Positions 42,568 through 57,830 of a stretch of 64,000 nt of DNA are shown here, piece by piece. A program made the translations under genes and the position numbers. Below the pieces are notes generated by a model. The model had not been told where the DNA came from. It searched no databases and was given only the letters and a program-made list of their open reading frames with translations. Source of the stretch: the human T2T-CHM13v2.0 reference genome, Homo sapiens. The stretch lies in assembly GCF_009914755.1 (NCBI RefSeq), contig NC_060947.1. The stretch is one strand, 5' to 3'. The number at the start of each line of letters is the position of its first letter. Position 1 is the first letter of the stretch.

Positions 42568-43095
42568 AATCTCATTGCTTCTTATTGGTCTTTTCAGATT
42601 TTGATTTTTTTTTAATGTTTCAATCTTGATAGATTGCGTATGTCCGGGAATTTATCTACTTTTTTTAGCTTTTCCAATTTACCACCATATTGTTGCTCTT
42701 AGTAGTCTCTAATAATCCATTGAATATCCGTAAGATCAGTTGCATGGTCCCTTTTTTATCTCTGAGTTTATTTGTTTGGATCTTTATTTTTTTAGTCTGG
42801 CTAAAGGTTTATCAATATTTTTATCTTTTCACAAAAAAACTTTTTATTTTGTTGATCTTTTATATTTTTGTTTCAACTTTATTTCTGCTCTGGTCTTTGT
42901 TATTTCTTTTCTTCTACGAATTTTGGTTTTGGTTTTTTCTTCCTTTTCTAATTCTTCAAGATGCATTGTTATGTTGTTTATTTAAAGTTTTTCTACTTTT
43001 TTGGTGTAGGTGCTTATTGCTATAAACTTTCTTCTTACCACTGTTTTCACTGTCGTCCTTTGGTCTTGGTAGGTTGTATTTCCATATTTCCATTT

Positions 43096-43386
43096 TATTT
43101 ATTTATTTATTTAATTTTTAGACGCAGTCTCACCCTGTCGCAGTGACGCGATTTCAGCTCACTGCAAGGTCCGCCTCCTGGGTTCACGCCATTCTCCTGC
43201 CTCAGCCTCCTGAGTATCTGGGACTACAGGCCCCTGCCACCATACCCAACTAATTTTTTTGTATTTTTGGTAGAGATGGGGTTTCACCGTGTTAGCCAGG
43301 ATGGTCTCGATCTTCTGACTTCGTGATCCGCCCGCCTCAGCCTCCCAATGTGTTGGGATTACAGGCTTGAGGCACTGCACCCGGCC
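43096..43386 (-). mobile_element. AluY
   Basis: Y diagnostics GGTTCACGCCATTC and GTTAGCCAGGATGGTCTCGATC. Small internal deletion. Confidence 0.92.
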
Positions 43387-44149
43387 CATTTGTTTTAACT
43401 TTTTACAGAAATTTTTCTTAACTTCTTTACTGAGTCACTTGTTATTCGGGAGCTTTTTTTTTTATTTCCCTGTGTTTGTATAGTTGGTACAGATACTTTT
43501 GTTATTGATTTTAATTTTGGTCCATTGTGATCAAAGATGGTTAATATTATTTTAAAAGTTTTTTTTAAGACTTTTTTTGTGACCTAACATATAGTCTATT
43601 GTTGATAATGTTCTATGTGTTGAGGAGAAGAATGTGTATTCTGAACCTGCTTGATGAAATATTCTGTAAATCTCTTAGGGTCATTTGGTCTATAGTGCAG
43701 ATTAACTCTGATATTTTTGTTTATTTTCTATCTAAATGACCTGTCTAATGCTGAACGTAGGGTCTTGAAGTCTCCAGCTATTACAGTTTTGGGGCCTATC
43801 TCTCTCTTTAGCTCTAATAATATTTGCTTTATATCTGGGTGCTTCAGTGTTGGGGGTGTATAGATTTACAATTATTATGTCCTCTAGTTTAATTGATATC
43901 TCTATAATTATATAATGACCTTCTTTGTCTCTTTTTATAGTTTTTGTCTTCAAATCAGTTTTGACTGAGAGAGGTATAGATACATCCCTTTATTATCATT
44001 CTATGTGTGTCTTTATAGGTGACATGTGTTATTTTTAGGGAACAGATCTTTTGGTCTTCTTTAAAATAAATCTATTCAGCCACTCTATGTCTTTTGATTA
44101 GGGAGTTTAGTGCATTTACATTCAATGTTCTTATTAATAAGTAAGAATT

Positions 44150-44471
<322 letters not shown>

Positions 44472-45215
44472 TTATTCTTGCCATTTTGTTATTTGTTTTC
44501 TGGTTGTTTTGTGGGTCTTTTTTTTCTTCTTTCTTTTCTGTCTTCCTTTTTGTGATGGTGATTTTCTCAGGTAGTATGTTTTATTTATTTATTTTTTTTT
44601 AACTTTCTGTATATCTGTTGTAGGTTTTTTGATTTGAGGTTACCATTAGCTTGCAAATAATATCTTATATCCCATTATCTTAAATTAACACTGATTGCAA
44701 AAACAAACAAGCAAAGAGGAAGCTAATGAAAACTCTATAGTTTGACTTTATCCCCCCTCTACTTTTTAACATTTTGCTTTTACGACTTAAACATTATTAT
44801 ATTGACTATGTCTTAAAGTTGTAATTATTTTTGATAGGTTCATGTTTTACTGTTTCTACTCAAGATATGAGTAGTTTACACAACACAATTTTAGTATTAT
44901 GAACTTACTATTACCAGTGAGTTTTGTACCTTCAGATGACTTCTTATTGCTCAATAAGAGCTTTTTTTCCAAATTAAGGAAACATTTGTTGCATTTTGCA
45001 TAGACATGTCTGGTGTTGATGGAATCCCTCAGGTTTTTTTTGCATGGGAAAGTCTTTATTTCTCATTTGTGTTTGAAGCATATTTTCACTGGAGATACTA
45101 TTTTATAATAAAAGTTTTTTTTTCTTCAGAACTTTAAATGTCATGCCACTCTTTCCTGGTCTATAAGGTTTTACTGAGAAATCTGCTTCCAGATACATTG
45201 GAGCTCCTTTGTATG

Positions 45216-45512
45216 TTTTATTTATTTATTTAGACAGAGTTTCACTCTGTCTCCCAGGCTGGAATGCAGTGGCGTGAAATCAGTTCACTGCAACCTCTGC
45301 TTACTGGGTTCAAGTTATTCTCCTGCCTTAGCCTCTGGAGTAGCTGAGATTACAGGCACCCGCTACCATGCCCAGCTAATTTTTGTATTTTTAGTAGAAA
45401 CGGGGTTTTGCTATATTGGCCAGGCTGGTCTCGAACTCCTGACTTCAAGCAATCCACCCACCTCAGCCTCCTAAAGTGCTGGGATTACAGGTGTGAGCCA
45501 CTGTGTCTGGCC
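45216..45512 (-). mobile_element. Alu (S-type)
   Basis: (TTTA)n tail plus dimeric Alu. Confidence 0.94.
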
Positions 45513-45572
45513 TATTTGTTACTTTTCTCTTGCTGCTTGTAGGATTTTTTCTTTATCCTTGACCTTTGGGCA

Positions 45573-47816
45573 TGCATTAGTCCATTTTCATGTTGCTGAT
45601 AAAGACATACCCAAGACTGGGAAGGAAAAGAGGTTTAATTGAACTCACAGTTCCACATGGCTGGGGAGCCCTCAGAATAATGGCCAGAAGTGAAAAGCAG
45701 TTCTTACATGGAGGCAGCAAGAGGAAATGAGGAAGAAGCAAAAGCAGAAACCCCTGATAAACCCATTAGATCTCATGAGACTTATTCACTATCAAGAGAA
45801 TAGCACGGGACAGACCAGCCCCCATGATCCAATTATCTCCCCCTGGGCCCCTCCCACAACACATAGGAATTCTGAGATATACAATTCAAATTGGGATTTG
45901 GGTGGGGAAACAGCCACACCATATCATCCCACCCCTGGACCCTCCAAATCTCACATCCTCACATTTCAGAACCAATTATGCCTTTTCAACTGTCCCTCAA
46001 AGTGTTAACTCATTTTAGCATTAATCCAAAAATCTATAGTCCAAAGTCTCATCTGAGACAAGGCAAGTCCTGTCCACCTATGAGCCTGTAAAATCAAAAG
46101 CAAGCTAGTCAGTCCCTAGACACAATTAGACTACAGGTATCGGGTAAATACAGCCATTCCAAGTGGGAGAAATTGGCCAAAACAAAGGGGCAGTCCAGTT
46201 TTAAAGCTCCAAAATGATCTCCTTGACTCCAGGTCTCACATCCAGGTCATGCTGATGCAAGAGTTGGGTTCCTATGGTCTTGGGCAGCTCTGCCCCTGTG
46301 GCTTTGCAGGGTACAGCCTCCCTCCCAGCTGCTTTCATGGGCTGGCATTGAGTGTGACTTTTCCAGGTGCATGGTGCATGCTGTCAGTGCATCTACTATT
46401 CTGGGATCTGGAGGATGGTGGCCCTCTTCTCACAGCACTACTAGGTAGTGCACCAGTAGGGACTCTGTGTTGGGGTTCCAACTCCACATTTTCTTCCACA
46501 CTGCCCTAGCAGAGGGTCTCCATTAGGGTCATGTCCCTGCAGCAAACCTTTGCCTGGGTATCCAGGTGTTTCCATACATCTTCTGAAATCTAGGCAGTGG
46601 TTCCCAAACCTCAATTCTTGACTTCTGTGCACCCTCAGCCTCAACACCACTTGGAAGCTGCCAAGGCTTGGGCCTTTCACCCTCTGAAGCCACAGCCTGA
46701 GCTCTATATTTTCCCCTATCAGCCACAGTTAGAGTGGCTGAGATACAGGGCTCCAAGTCCCTAGGCTGCAGACAGCACGGGGACTCTGGCCCTGGCTCAT
46801 GAAACCACTTTTTACTCCTGGGCCTCCAGGCCTGTGATGGGAGGGGCTGCTGTGAAGGTCTCTAACATGCCCTGGAGACATTCTCCTCATGCTCTTGGGG
46901 ATTAACAGTAGGCTCTTTGCTAGTTATGGAAATTTCTGCAGCTATATTAAATTTCTCCTTAGAAAATGGGTTTTTCTTCTCTACTGCATCGTCAGGCTGC
47001 AAATTTTCTGAACTTTTATGACCTGTTTCCTTTTTAGAATGGAATACTTTTAACAGCACCCAAGTCACTTTTTTAATGCTTTGCTACTTAGAAATGTCTT
47101 CTGCCAGATACCCTAAACAATCTCTCTCAAGTTCAAAGTTTCACAAATACCTAGGGGAGGGGCAAAATGCCATCAGTCTCTTTGCTAAAACATAACTAGA
47201 GTCACCTTTGCTCCAGTTGCCTACAAGTTCCTCATCTCCATCTGAGACCACCTCATCCTGGACCTTATTTTTCGTGTCACTATCGGCATTTTTGTCAAAG
47301 CCATTAAATAAGCCTCAAGGAGGTTCCAAAGTTTCTCACATTTTGCTGTATTCTTCTGAGCCCTCAAAACTGTTCCAACCTCTGCCTGTTACCCAGGTCC
47401 AAAGTCACTTCTACATTTTTGGTTATCTTCTCAGCAACACCCCACTCTACTGGTACCAATTTACTGTATTGGTTTGTTCTCACACTGCTAATAAAAAAAA
47501 TCTGAGACTGAGAAGAAAAATAAGTTTAATTGGACTTACAGTTCCACATGCCTAGGGAGGCCTCAGAATCATGGCAGGAGGTGAAGGGCACTTCTTACAT
47601 GGCAGCAGCAAGAGGAAATGAGGAAGAAGCAAAAGGAGAAACCCCTGATAAATTCATCAGATCTCATGAGACTTATTCCCTATCATGAGAATAGCACAGG
47701 AAAGACCAGTCCCATGATTCAATTACCTCCCCCTGGGACCCTTCCACAACATGTGGGAATTCTGGAAGATACAATTCAAGTTGAGATTTGTTTGGGGACA
47801 CAGTCAAACCATATCA
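45573..47816 (-). mobile_element. Two-LTR THE1 (THE1C-like) MaLR element: LTR 45573-45926, internal region, LTR 47465-47816
   Basis: Paired ~355-bp direct repeats (..GCAAAAGCAGAAACCCCTGATAAA..CCATATCA) around a ~1.5-kb THE1-type internal region with TGGTACCAA next to the LTR. Confidence 0.93.
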
Positions 47817-50800
47817 GGGAGTTTGATTTGTAAAGCCTTGAAGTAGTCTAATTTTGGTATATCTGCCTGGTGTTCTGTAACCTTCTATTACTTAAATATT
47901 GATATCTTTCTTTAGGTTTGAAAATTTCTTCATTATTATTTTTTAAAATAAATATTCTACCCCTATCTCTCTCTCTCTACTTCCTTTTTAAGGCCAATAA
48001 CCCTTAGATTTACCCTTTTGAGGCTATTTTCTAGATTTTGCAGGCAAGATTCATTTTTATTCTTTTGTCTCCTCTGACTGTGTATTTTCAAATAACATGT
48101 TTTCAAGCTCATTAATTGTGTCGTCCACTTGATCAATTTTGCTCTTGAGAGGCTCTGATGCATTCTTTAGTATGTCAATTGGGTTTTTTAGTTGTACAGT
48201 TTCTACTTGATTTTTAAAGTTATTTCAGTGTATTTTAAAAAATTTTTAATGGGATTCTGAATTTCTTTATTGTATTATCTTGGATTTTTGGGGGTTTCCT
48301 CAACACAGCTATTTTGAATTCTTTCTGTGAGATCACATATCTATATCACTCTGGGATCTGTCACTGGTGCCTTATTTAGTTCATTTGGTAAGGTCATGTT
48401 TTCCTGGATTGTCTTCATGCTTTGGGATGTTCATCAGTGTTTGGGCAGTGAAGAGTCAGATATTTATTGTAGTCTTCACAGACTAGGCTTGCTTTATCCA
48501 CCCTTTTTGGAAAGGCTTTCTAAGCAGTCAAAGGGAATTGAGTGTTGTGATTCAAATCTTTGGTTACTGCAGTTACATTCGCATTAGGGGAGAACTCCAA
48601 GCCCAGTAATGCTGTGACTCTTTTGGACTCATAGAAGTACTTCCTTGGTGGTCTTGGGTACAATCTGGGAGAATTCTCTAAATTATCAAGCAAAGACTCT
48701 TGTTCTCTTCCTTTTCTTTCTCCAAAACAAGTGGAGTCTTTCTATCTGTGCTTAGCTGCCTGGAGCTGGAGGAGCGGTGACACAAACACCCACGTGGTAA
48801 CAACTAGTGGGACTGTGCTGGCCACATCCAAAGCCAGCATAGTACTGGGTCTCACAAAATGTCCACAGAGACCACTGCCTTGCTACTGCTAATGTTCACT
48901 CAAGTCCCAAGAACTTTTTAGTTAACAGGTTGTGAATGAAACCAGGCTTGTGTCTTTCCCTTCAGAATGATGAGTTCCCTCCACCTGCCAATCAACCAAA
49001 GGTGATCTAGAAATGCCATCCAGGAGTTAGAGCCTGTAGTTGGAAACCTTAGGAATCTGCTCAGTGCTCTATTCTACTGTGGCTGAGCTGGCACCCAATG
49101 CCACAAGACAAAGTCCTTCTCACTGCCTCCTCTGCTTTTCTCATGCTGAAGTTGTCTGTCCTTGTGTCCATCACTGCCCCAGGCCCACAGCAAATACTGC
49201 CTGGCTACTGCTGATGTTCACTCAAGGCTCATGGGCACTTCAGTGAGCTTCTGGTAAATGCCACCAGGCTTGGGTCTCTACCTTCAGAGCAGTGGGCTTC
49301 TTTGAGGACCAGCGTGGGTCCAGAAATGTCATTCAGGAGTCAAGGACTAGAATCAGTGACCCCAGAAGCCCACTTTGTGCTCTACTCCACTGTGGCAGAG
49401 CTGGTGCCTAAGCTTCAAGACAGTGTCCCTTTGCTCTTTCTACTCCTTTCCTCAAGCAGTAGGAATCCCTTGCTATGTCCCCCACAACTGGAAATGTGCT
49501 GGGTCACACCTGAAGTCAGCAGGGCTCTGGGCCTCACCCAAAGCCCACAGTGAGTATAGCTAGGCAAGTACTGATGTTTATTCAAGAATCAAGGCCTCTT
49601 TAGTCAGCAGGTAATGAATCCTGGCAGGATTGTGTCTTTTCCCTCAAGGCAGTGGGTTTCCTTCTGGCCCAGGGTGTGTCTAGAAATGTCATTTTGGAGC
49701 TAGGGGCTGGAATGCGGGCCTCAGGACTCTGCCTGGTGCCCTATTATGCTGTGGCTGAGCTAGTATCCCAGTTTCAAGACAAAGTTTCCTATATTTTCCC
49801 CTCTCTTCTGCTCAAGCAGAAAGAAAGAGTCTCTCCCAGAGTTAGAAGCTCTTCTGCCTGGGGTTGAAGGAGGGGTTATGCATGTACTCCTTGACTGCCC
49901 CAGCTGGTGTCTCACTAGGTCTCATACACCCCAAGTCCACTGGCTATGAGCTCATATGGCACCAGTACTTGTATGGAAATTGCAGTTATTGTGACCCCGC
50001 CTATCTTTCAAGTTCTTTTAGGGCCCAAAGTTCTATTTAGCCCATGGTGGTAGGGCTGGCCGGAACTCAGCTTGCAAAGGCTGAGATAGACAAATTCCCT
50101 CTGGCTTGGGCTGGTTTAAATTTTCTCTCCATGGGTGCTGTCTGAATTTTGCCGTATGTTTTTTTCTGTTGTGACAAGGCAGCACTGAATTCCAATGCAA
50201 AGTTTCACAGTCACTGCACTATCTCCCCCTCAAGCACAGGGATTTTCTCTTTGTGCCAGGAACCATTGCTGGCTAATCTGAGGGGTGTTGTCAGTAACTT
50301 AAGGCTGTATTTTCTACCCTCTTCAGTGCCTCTTTCCTTGATGTGATGTTAAAATCAGGTACTGTGACCACTCACCTGATCTTTGGTTCTTATGAAGGTG
50401 CTTTCTTGCATGGGTAGTTGTTCAATTTGGTGTTCCTGTGCCGGGGGGTGATCACTAGAGGGTTCTATTTAGCCATGTTGCTTTGCCTCCTCCTTCCATC
50501 TGATTGTTTTATAAATGAACATCTGTATTAGCAATTATTAATAAATTTGAATACATGATACATAGAAAGTGTAAAGTCTCTGTAATACCATCCTCCACAC
50601 CCACAATCACTTGTGGTATCTACTATTAATGATTTGCTTATAATTTCCATTTTTTGGAGCTAAAAGGGCAACACTCTACATAATATTCTGTGTTTTTTTA
50701 TTCTATGATACATTAACAAAACGTTTTACTGTTACTACACATCAGTGTATACAGCTTTTTCTCATATCTTTCTAATAGATGTGCCACATTTATTTAATAA

Positions 50801-51466
50801 ATTATATATTAATGAAAATTTTGTATTTTCCCAATATTTTGCTATGTCACAGAGATTATAGTGTTTTGTAAGCTCTGCCAGAGACTGGACATCAGTAAGA
50901 AACTAGCGTATTATTTGATGGCATTATGGTCAGAGAACACAGGAAATCCTGAACACAGCCTCAAAGTGATTAGTGTAGCAGTATAAGTAACAGTGTGATA
51001 AGTGAGAATAAAGACATTTATCCAAAATTACTTAGCATTTTGGCAATAGACTCCATTTTGGAGATAAATAAGAGGAGCTTATTCAAATAAGAGGAGCTTA
51101 ACATGTGTACCTGCCCCTTTATCTTATATCAAACTGCAGTTTCAGAAAAATGCAGATATGTATAGTTATTTCACACATACCTTAGGGCCCTAGCTTGATT
51201 TCAGCTCTTACCACACTTTTGGTATATGAAAAAAAAGTAAATAAAAATGTCTCACCTGTGCGATAATTTTTTTTGCAGTGGTTGTTTAATGTGCAAGCAG
51301 TTGTCTTCAAATCTGATGAATCCATAACAATTTCTTCCACACTGGTGAAGGTGGAAAGAAGTAATGGAAAAAACTATCTAGAGGAATAAAGATTAACTTT
51401 GAATCAGAAGTAATCCTCTCCCTTTATGATTATTTTTCATGCTAACCCATTATGCTAAGATCCATG

Positions 51467-51905
51467 TGTATGGCAGTCATACCAGATAGCAATAACTCAA
51501 CTTAGCGTACACCGAGAATGACATGGTGGTCTAAAAAAAAATGTATGTTCAAAGTCCCAAGCTAAGGAATCTGGGAGTGGCTAATCCAGAGATTCACTTT
51601 TTTATCTATGAAGGACATCTGAACCCCTGGCCCATTTTTGGAATACACCTGTACAGGGGATTGGGGCCCTTTGTTTTGGGTTAAATGGTGGTTACAAGGA
51701 GAAGGTTGCTAGGTGGAGGGTGCTAAGTGAAAATGCTATATAAACAGCATGCATTTTACAAATAGTTGCAGTCTTCCTGTCCAGCTCACCAGCACTGGAC
51801 ATGCCTTGTATGTAAGTCTCCCCAGTAAAATGTATGTCTCATTTACTGGCTCTGGGTCTTTTCCTTGTCCTCTTGGACATGGTGCCATCCCTGTTAGAGT
51901 TACTA
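51467..51905 (+). mobile_element. 5' LTR (LTR47-like) of a class III ERV
   Basis: TGTATGGCAG...GATAGCAATAACT...CCCAAGCTAAGGAATCTGGGAGTGG, repeated at 57571-57685. TATA-like CTATATAAA near 51737. Confidence 0.8.
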
Positions 51906-53614
51906 AGGAGCTTGAGGCTCAGCCCACCAGCCCTCTTGCAGAGAAATTGCAGGTGTCAACCCCTTTAGACTAGGATGAAGGCCAAGACCCCAGAATCCCA
52001 ATAAGAGCAATGGTAGCCAGGATGTCTGGAGATTGAAGGCCACATTTAGAACTAAATGTATATTGGAAACCTAGGAATAAAGAGACTATCCTTGTATTAG
52101 TGGATACTGGAGCCAAATGCACTCATATATGGCATCATTTATCACTTCTAAGGTCCTATAGCAGCAACAGATGGTAATGGAGTGGGGTCAGACAGGTTGA
52201 ACTAGTATTACAGATTGGCAGACTGCCACCAAAACCATATTTAGTATACATAGCTCCCATCCCAGAATACATCTTGAGAAAGGATATCTTATTAGGCTTG
52301 ACCCTCCAAATAACTATTTTGGAATTTCCGCTGAGAGTTAGGATGGCAAAGCATGTGATCGGGGAAATGTAAAATGGACACTGGAGCTATTGCCATACCC
52401 TTGGTAAGTAGTAGCACTGAAGCAGTATCATCTGCCAGGGTTTAGGGGGCATAATGAGATCAATGGGGCTGTTAAGAAGTTAACCCTGGTAGGAATTATA
52501 AGGCAGCACACAATCCTGTATGGCCTGTGTGAAAAGCTGATGGGACATTGAGAATGACAGTAAATTACTGAGAATTAAATAATGTGGTCCTTTCTCAACG
52601 TTTGTGGCTGCATCCACTATCACCTCTCTTTTGATGAGAATAAGAGAGGCCCTTGGCACATAACATTTTATTATCAATTTACCAAATGTCTTCAGCATCC
52701 CCATTGCCCCATATAGTCAAGACTAATTTGAATTCTCCTGGGAAGAACAATGGACCTTTATCATCTTGCCTAAGGAATATTTGTATAGCCCCAGTATCTG
52801 TCAGGGCTTAGAGACAACAGACCTCAGTTGATGGACCACCTCGAAGGAAGTACAAGTTTCTCATTGCATTGATGATATTATGCTAACTCCTGAGTCTTTC
52901 CAGCTTATGAAATGCATCCTCCACCTTGCTGTCTCAGTTGGTGAACAGAAGATGGGCAGTCAGTGCAAAGTCCAGGATTCAGGCTTATCTGTCAAATACT
53001 TGGGGGTCATCTGGTCAGGTAAGACTAAAGTTATTCTGTCTGCCGTTATAGATAAGGTGCAGGGCTACCCACATCCTACCACACTAAAACAGTTGCAAAT
53101 CTTCTTAGGCCTTCTAGGTATAGGTGTCCTTTTATTTCCAATTTAGCACAACTGCTTAGGCCCCGTAAGTCTTAGTCAAGAAGGGGGCCCATTGGGCCAC
53201 AGAGGAGAATGTGGCCTTTGAATGAGAAAAAGTCACAGTGAAACAAATACAGTTCTTGGGAGTTATAATGCACAGACAGCCCTGTGAATTGGACATAGCC
53301 AGTTACCTCGAGGGGTTTGGTTTGGGTCAGTGCTAAAGGCAAAGACATAAACATGTGCCTTTAGGATTCTGGTCCCAACTATGAAAGGGGGCTGAAGTTA
53401 GGTATAGTGTCATGGACCAACAACTATGCACTACATACTATGCCTTACAAAAAGGGGAAGACATTGCACAGGGGGTCCCAGTGATAATTTGCACTCAATA
53501 TCCCATAGCAGGTTGGCTGAAGGATAACTTCCCATAACCAAAGTCTGGGAATGCCCAGACACAGACTGTGGCCAAATGGCATGCCTACTTGCAACAGAGG
53601 AGCACATTAATTAA

Positions 53615-53995
<381 letters not shown>

Positions 53996-55191
53996 TGAAA
54001 GTCTTTAATGAAAGTTACTGAGACTCCACAAATCTCCGTCATACCGGAGGGACAGGGTCCAATTCCTGACCAGGTCTGGTACACAGATGGCTTATTACAA
54101 AGTAATTCTTGCACCTGGAACACAGTGGCCACTCAGCTGTCCACTGATAGTACTTGACTTGATACTGGCAAAGGACATAGCAGCCAAATGGGCTAATCTT
54201 TCAGTCACTTGGATGATTCTCCTCCATGAGCTGGACCCAACAGACCTATGTAATGATAGCTGGGCCATTTTTAAGGGACTCATGGTGTGGCCACTACAAT
54301 GGGAAGCAGAGGATTGGATTATAGCAGGTCACCCACTTTGGGGTGCCAACATGTGAAAGGACATTCTCCATTGCATCCTGGGAATGCATATAATGCTCTA
54401 CCATGGGAATACCCACACTACATCTACACCATTGGAAATCAACAGGCAGACAAAGTAGCCCATAGGAGACTTTGCCTCCTAAAGGGTTTACTGGCTACAT
54501 AAGAAGACAGAAAATCAGGGACAATATACTTTTTGGGTCAGAGCAAATAATTGGGACCTGCAACTGTGATATAAAGGCATAGTACTCATCTGTCATTAAT
54601 ATCCTACTTGTGCACAGGAATGCCATAGGCCTTTATTGCACAGTACTGGGCAGATAACCTGGGGCCAGAGCCTAGTGCAAGTGTGGCAGGTAGACCATAT
54701 AGGACTTTTGCCTTTATCTGATGACTGCCCCTATGACTTGACTCATGTGAACACCTGGACAGGGCTACTGTGGGCATATCCCAGCAAGCATGCCACTGAA
54801 AAAGCCACTATAAAAGGTCTAGAGCAGCTGTGAGTGGTCTATGGCATCCCCACTGATATCAACAGTGACCAGGGCTCACACTTTACCAGACACAAACTGC
54901 AGAAATGGGCAGGGGCCCTGGATATACAATGGCATTTCCACTTGCTATACAAACCTACAGCAGAGGGTCTGATTGAACGAGTGAATAGATTGTTGAAGCA
55001 ACAACTCTGGCAGGAGACATGTTCTCTAGCTCTGTGGACATGCTGCTACCAGCAGCCATTCACACCTTGAATGAACATGCACATTCTCATCACTCCAGTG
55101 CATACACTTTTCTGATGCAAAGGCTTGATGTCATCTTCAGGATCCAGCTGGACAATGTAAGGGATAGTATACTTTATCCCAACCTGGGACT

Positions 55192-55595
55192 TAATATTAT
55201 ATGGATATTTGTTCCCTCCAAATCTCATGTTGAATCTCTCACCTCAATATTTGAGGTGGGGCCTAGTGGGAGGTGTTTGGGTCATGGGGATAGATCCCTC
55301 ATTGGTGTCATCCCCATGTTAATGAGTGAGTTCTCATTTTATTAATTAATGTGAGATCTGGTTTTTTGTCTGGTCCCTCTTCCTCTCTCTCATCCTCTTT
55401 CTCACCATGTGATATGTGCCCTTCCCCTTTGCCTCTCACCATGATTGTAAGCTTCACGAGGTCTTACCAGAAGCAAATTCTGTTGCCATGCTTCTTCTAC
55501 AGCCTGAAGAACTGTGTGCCAAATAATCCTTTTTAAAAATACAGAACGCAGCCTCGGGTATTCCTTTATAGCAACATGAAATGGACTAATATACA
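55192..55595 (+). mobile_element. Solo MST-type MaLR LTR inside the ERV
   Basis: ggatatttgttccctccaaatctcatgttgaa...tattcctttatagcaac...ggactaatataca. Confidence 0.85.
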
Positions 55596-56024
55596 AGGTA
55601 ATTTGCTATTGCTTTTGCAACAAGACCTACCCACTGGGGAGCATATCATTATGTGGTGTTGGACATAGCAAAGCATCCCCAGAGGGTCTGTTTTTTCTGG
55701 CCCATAGGGAAGAACTTAGAACAGGATATAGAGTTAATAACCATTTCATATCCTACCCCCCTTTGTGCTTCTAAAATAATGAATTCAAGTTCTCCCTTGT
55801 GCAAGGGGATGATCACCCTTTCATTAAGGAACATTATAGTACCCCTACTGTTTTACCTGTCTTCCTGCAATGCACTGCAAAGGGGATCAAATCCACTTGG
55901 CGTTGTAAACCAGACACCAGGCTGCTACCAGGGGTGGTGCTTTCTCAGAATGACACAACTTCCTGTGTCTTGTTCAATAGTCATAACTTACACTTTCTTG
56001 TAATCACTAAATATCTCATCTTTC

Positions 56025-56300
56025 TTTCTTTCTTTTTTTTTTCTTTTTTGAGGCCGAGTTTCACTCTTGTTGCCCAGGCTAGCCTCCATCTCCTGGGTTC
56101 AAGCAATTCTCCTGCCTCAGCCTCCCAAGTAGCTGGGATTACAGGCATGCAGCACCACACCTGGCTAATTTTGTATTTTTAGTACAGACAGGTTTTCTCC
56201 ATGTTGGTCAGGCTGGTCTCGAACTCCGGAACTCAGGTGATCTGCCCTCCTTGGCCTCCCAAAGTGTTAGAATTATAGGCCTGAGCCACGACACCCAGCC
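56025..56300 (-). mobile_element. Alu (Sp-like) with internal deletion
   Basis: TSD AA(T/C)ATCTCA(T/C)CTTTC at 56010-56024 and 56301-56315. Confidence 0.93.
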
Positions 56301-56763
56301 AACATCTCACCTTTCACCCATAGATAGTGTGCAGCAAACCTCTTCACTGAATGGATGCAGTCTCCTGAACAAAACAGACTGTTGCATCTGTTTTGTCTCT
56401 CTCCTTCCTTGTGGGCCTGCCATTGTGTATCCACATTGCTGACCTGAGTGCTTGGAGCCACTTCTTTATTTGGCATAATGACCCTCACCCATTTTCCTAT
56501 AGTAATAACAGCAGCTCATGCAATAAGTTTCCCACCATCAAAGAAATAAAATGACATGTTTTTCACCTACTACAGGAGCAGATTAATCTTATCCCACTGT
56601 GGGGTTTGCTATACACAATGGGCTCAGGTGGATGATGGGAGTACAGATACAAGTAGTGGTTTGTGTACCCTTATGTATCAAAAAGCATGATAACAACATA
56701 CCGAAAGCTAAAATCCGTAATATGGGATGGCTACTCTTACAGACCAATCTCTTCAGATAACCG

Positions 56764-57260
56764 GTGATATGTAACTGGGGTGGCAGACAGACTGTCTCCA
56801 CTTGGGGGCCCACCCCTTCCCTTGAGGATGACGATGGGCATGCTGCATCCATGGCTGGCCTTACTTACCCTATCATTGGACCAGTAGATGCACTTGAGAG
56901 CATCCTTCCTTACTTGCCGGGATGGATTGTGACCTCTTTAGAAGTTATTCCTACTAACTGGGAGAGTGTGAAAACCAGGCTCCACCAGAAGCATACAATC
57001 TGCTGGTTTTATCACTTGGCCATTTTTGTCCCCCAATTCAGGGCAATAAAAATAGAGATGCACATCGAGTCCCTGGATAAACATATGGCTGCAGCATTCG
57101 ATGATACCTGCCATGCTATTACTCTTCTCACTGAAGAAACAACTCCAATTAGACGTGTTACTTTGCAAAATTGCATGACCCTGAACATCTTAACTGTCAC
57201 CCAGAATGGAACCTGTGTATTAATTAAAACTTAATTCTGTGTATATATCCCTTAATACTC
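56764..57260 (+). pseudogene. env: ERV env transmembrane-subunit remnant
   Basis: LLTEETTPIRRVTLQNCMTLNILTVTQNGTCVLIKT*FCVYIP is a degenerate immunosuppressive domain plus CX6CC motif. Confidence 0.85.
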
Positions 57261-57570
57261 TCACAATGTAACCCAGACCATATGGGCCCTAAATACCAAT
57301 ATTTCTGCCATAGAATGTCAATCTTTGCACACTGTAATGTCTTGGTTTAATCAACTACTAAGTGTTTGGGAAAACTTTCCATACAGTATGATTGTTATTG
57401 TATTCATTACTTTGTTTCATTGTTGCAGTTGCTAGTGCTGCTGCAGCATCTGGCTGGAATGCTTCTCTGAACACCTTGCCCCAGAGAAATCATGGAAGAA
57501 TAGCACGATATGAATGTGAGAAAAAGAAAAGAATGTGAGGGCCATTCAAGGGTATGCTCGAAGGAAGGAG

Positions 57571-57685
57571 TGTATGACAGATGTACCTGATAGCAATAAT
57601 TTATCTGAAGCATGCCCAGATAATGATCTTATGTTATAAAAAGAATCCCATGCTAAAGAATCCCAAGCTAAAAATCTGGGAGTGG
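57571..57685 (+). mobile_element. Start of the ERV 3' LTR, interrupted by an Alu
   Basis: TGTATGACAG...GATAGCAATAA...TCCCAAGCTAAAAATCTGGGAGTGG matches the 5' LTR. Confidence 0.85.
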
Positions 57686-57830
57686 GGCCGGGAATGGTGG
57701 CTCATGCCTGTAATCCCAGCACTTTGGGAGGCCGAGTTGGGTGGATTATGAGGTGAGGAGTTTGAGACAAGATTGGCCAACATTGAGAAATCCCATCTCT
57801 ACTAAAAATACAAACAATTAGCCAAGCTTG
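57686..57830 (+). mobile_element. Alu left arm; the right arm resumes at 63965-64000 after the L1
   Basis: GGCCGGG...CTACTAAAAATACAAACAATTAGCC, continuing after the L1 as GGGCACCTGTAATCCC. Confidence 0.93.

Noticed and set aside
45568-47821. 5-bp TSD of the THE1 element
   Set aside because: GGGCA vs GGGAG matches only 3/5.
51066-51100. 16-bp direct repeat AAATAAGAGGAGCTTA x2
   Set aside because: Only two copies with a 3-nt spacer, consistent with a simple local duplication.
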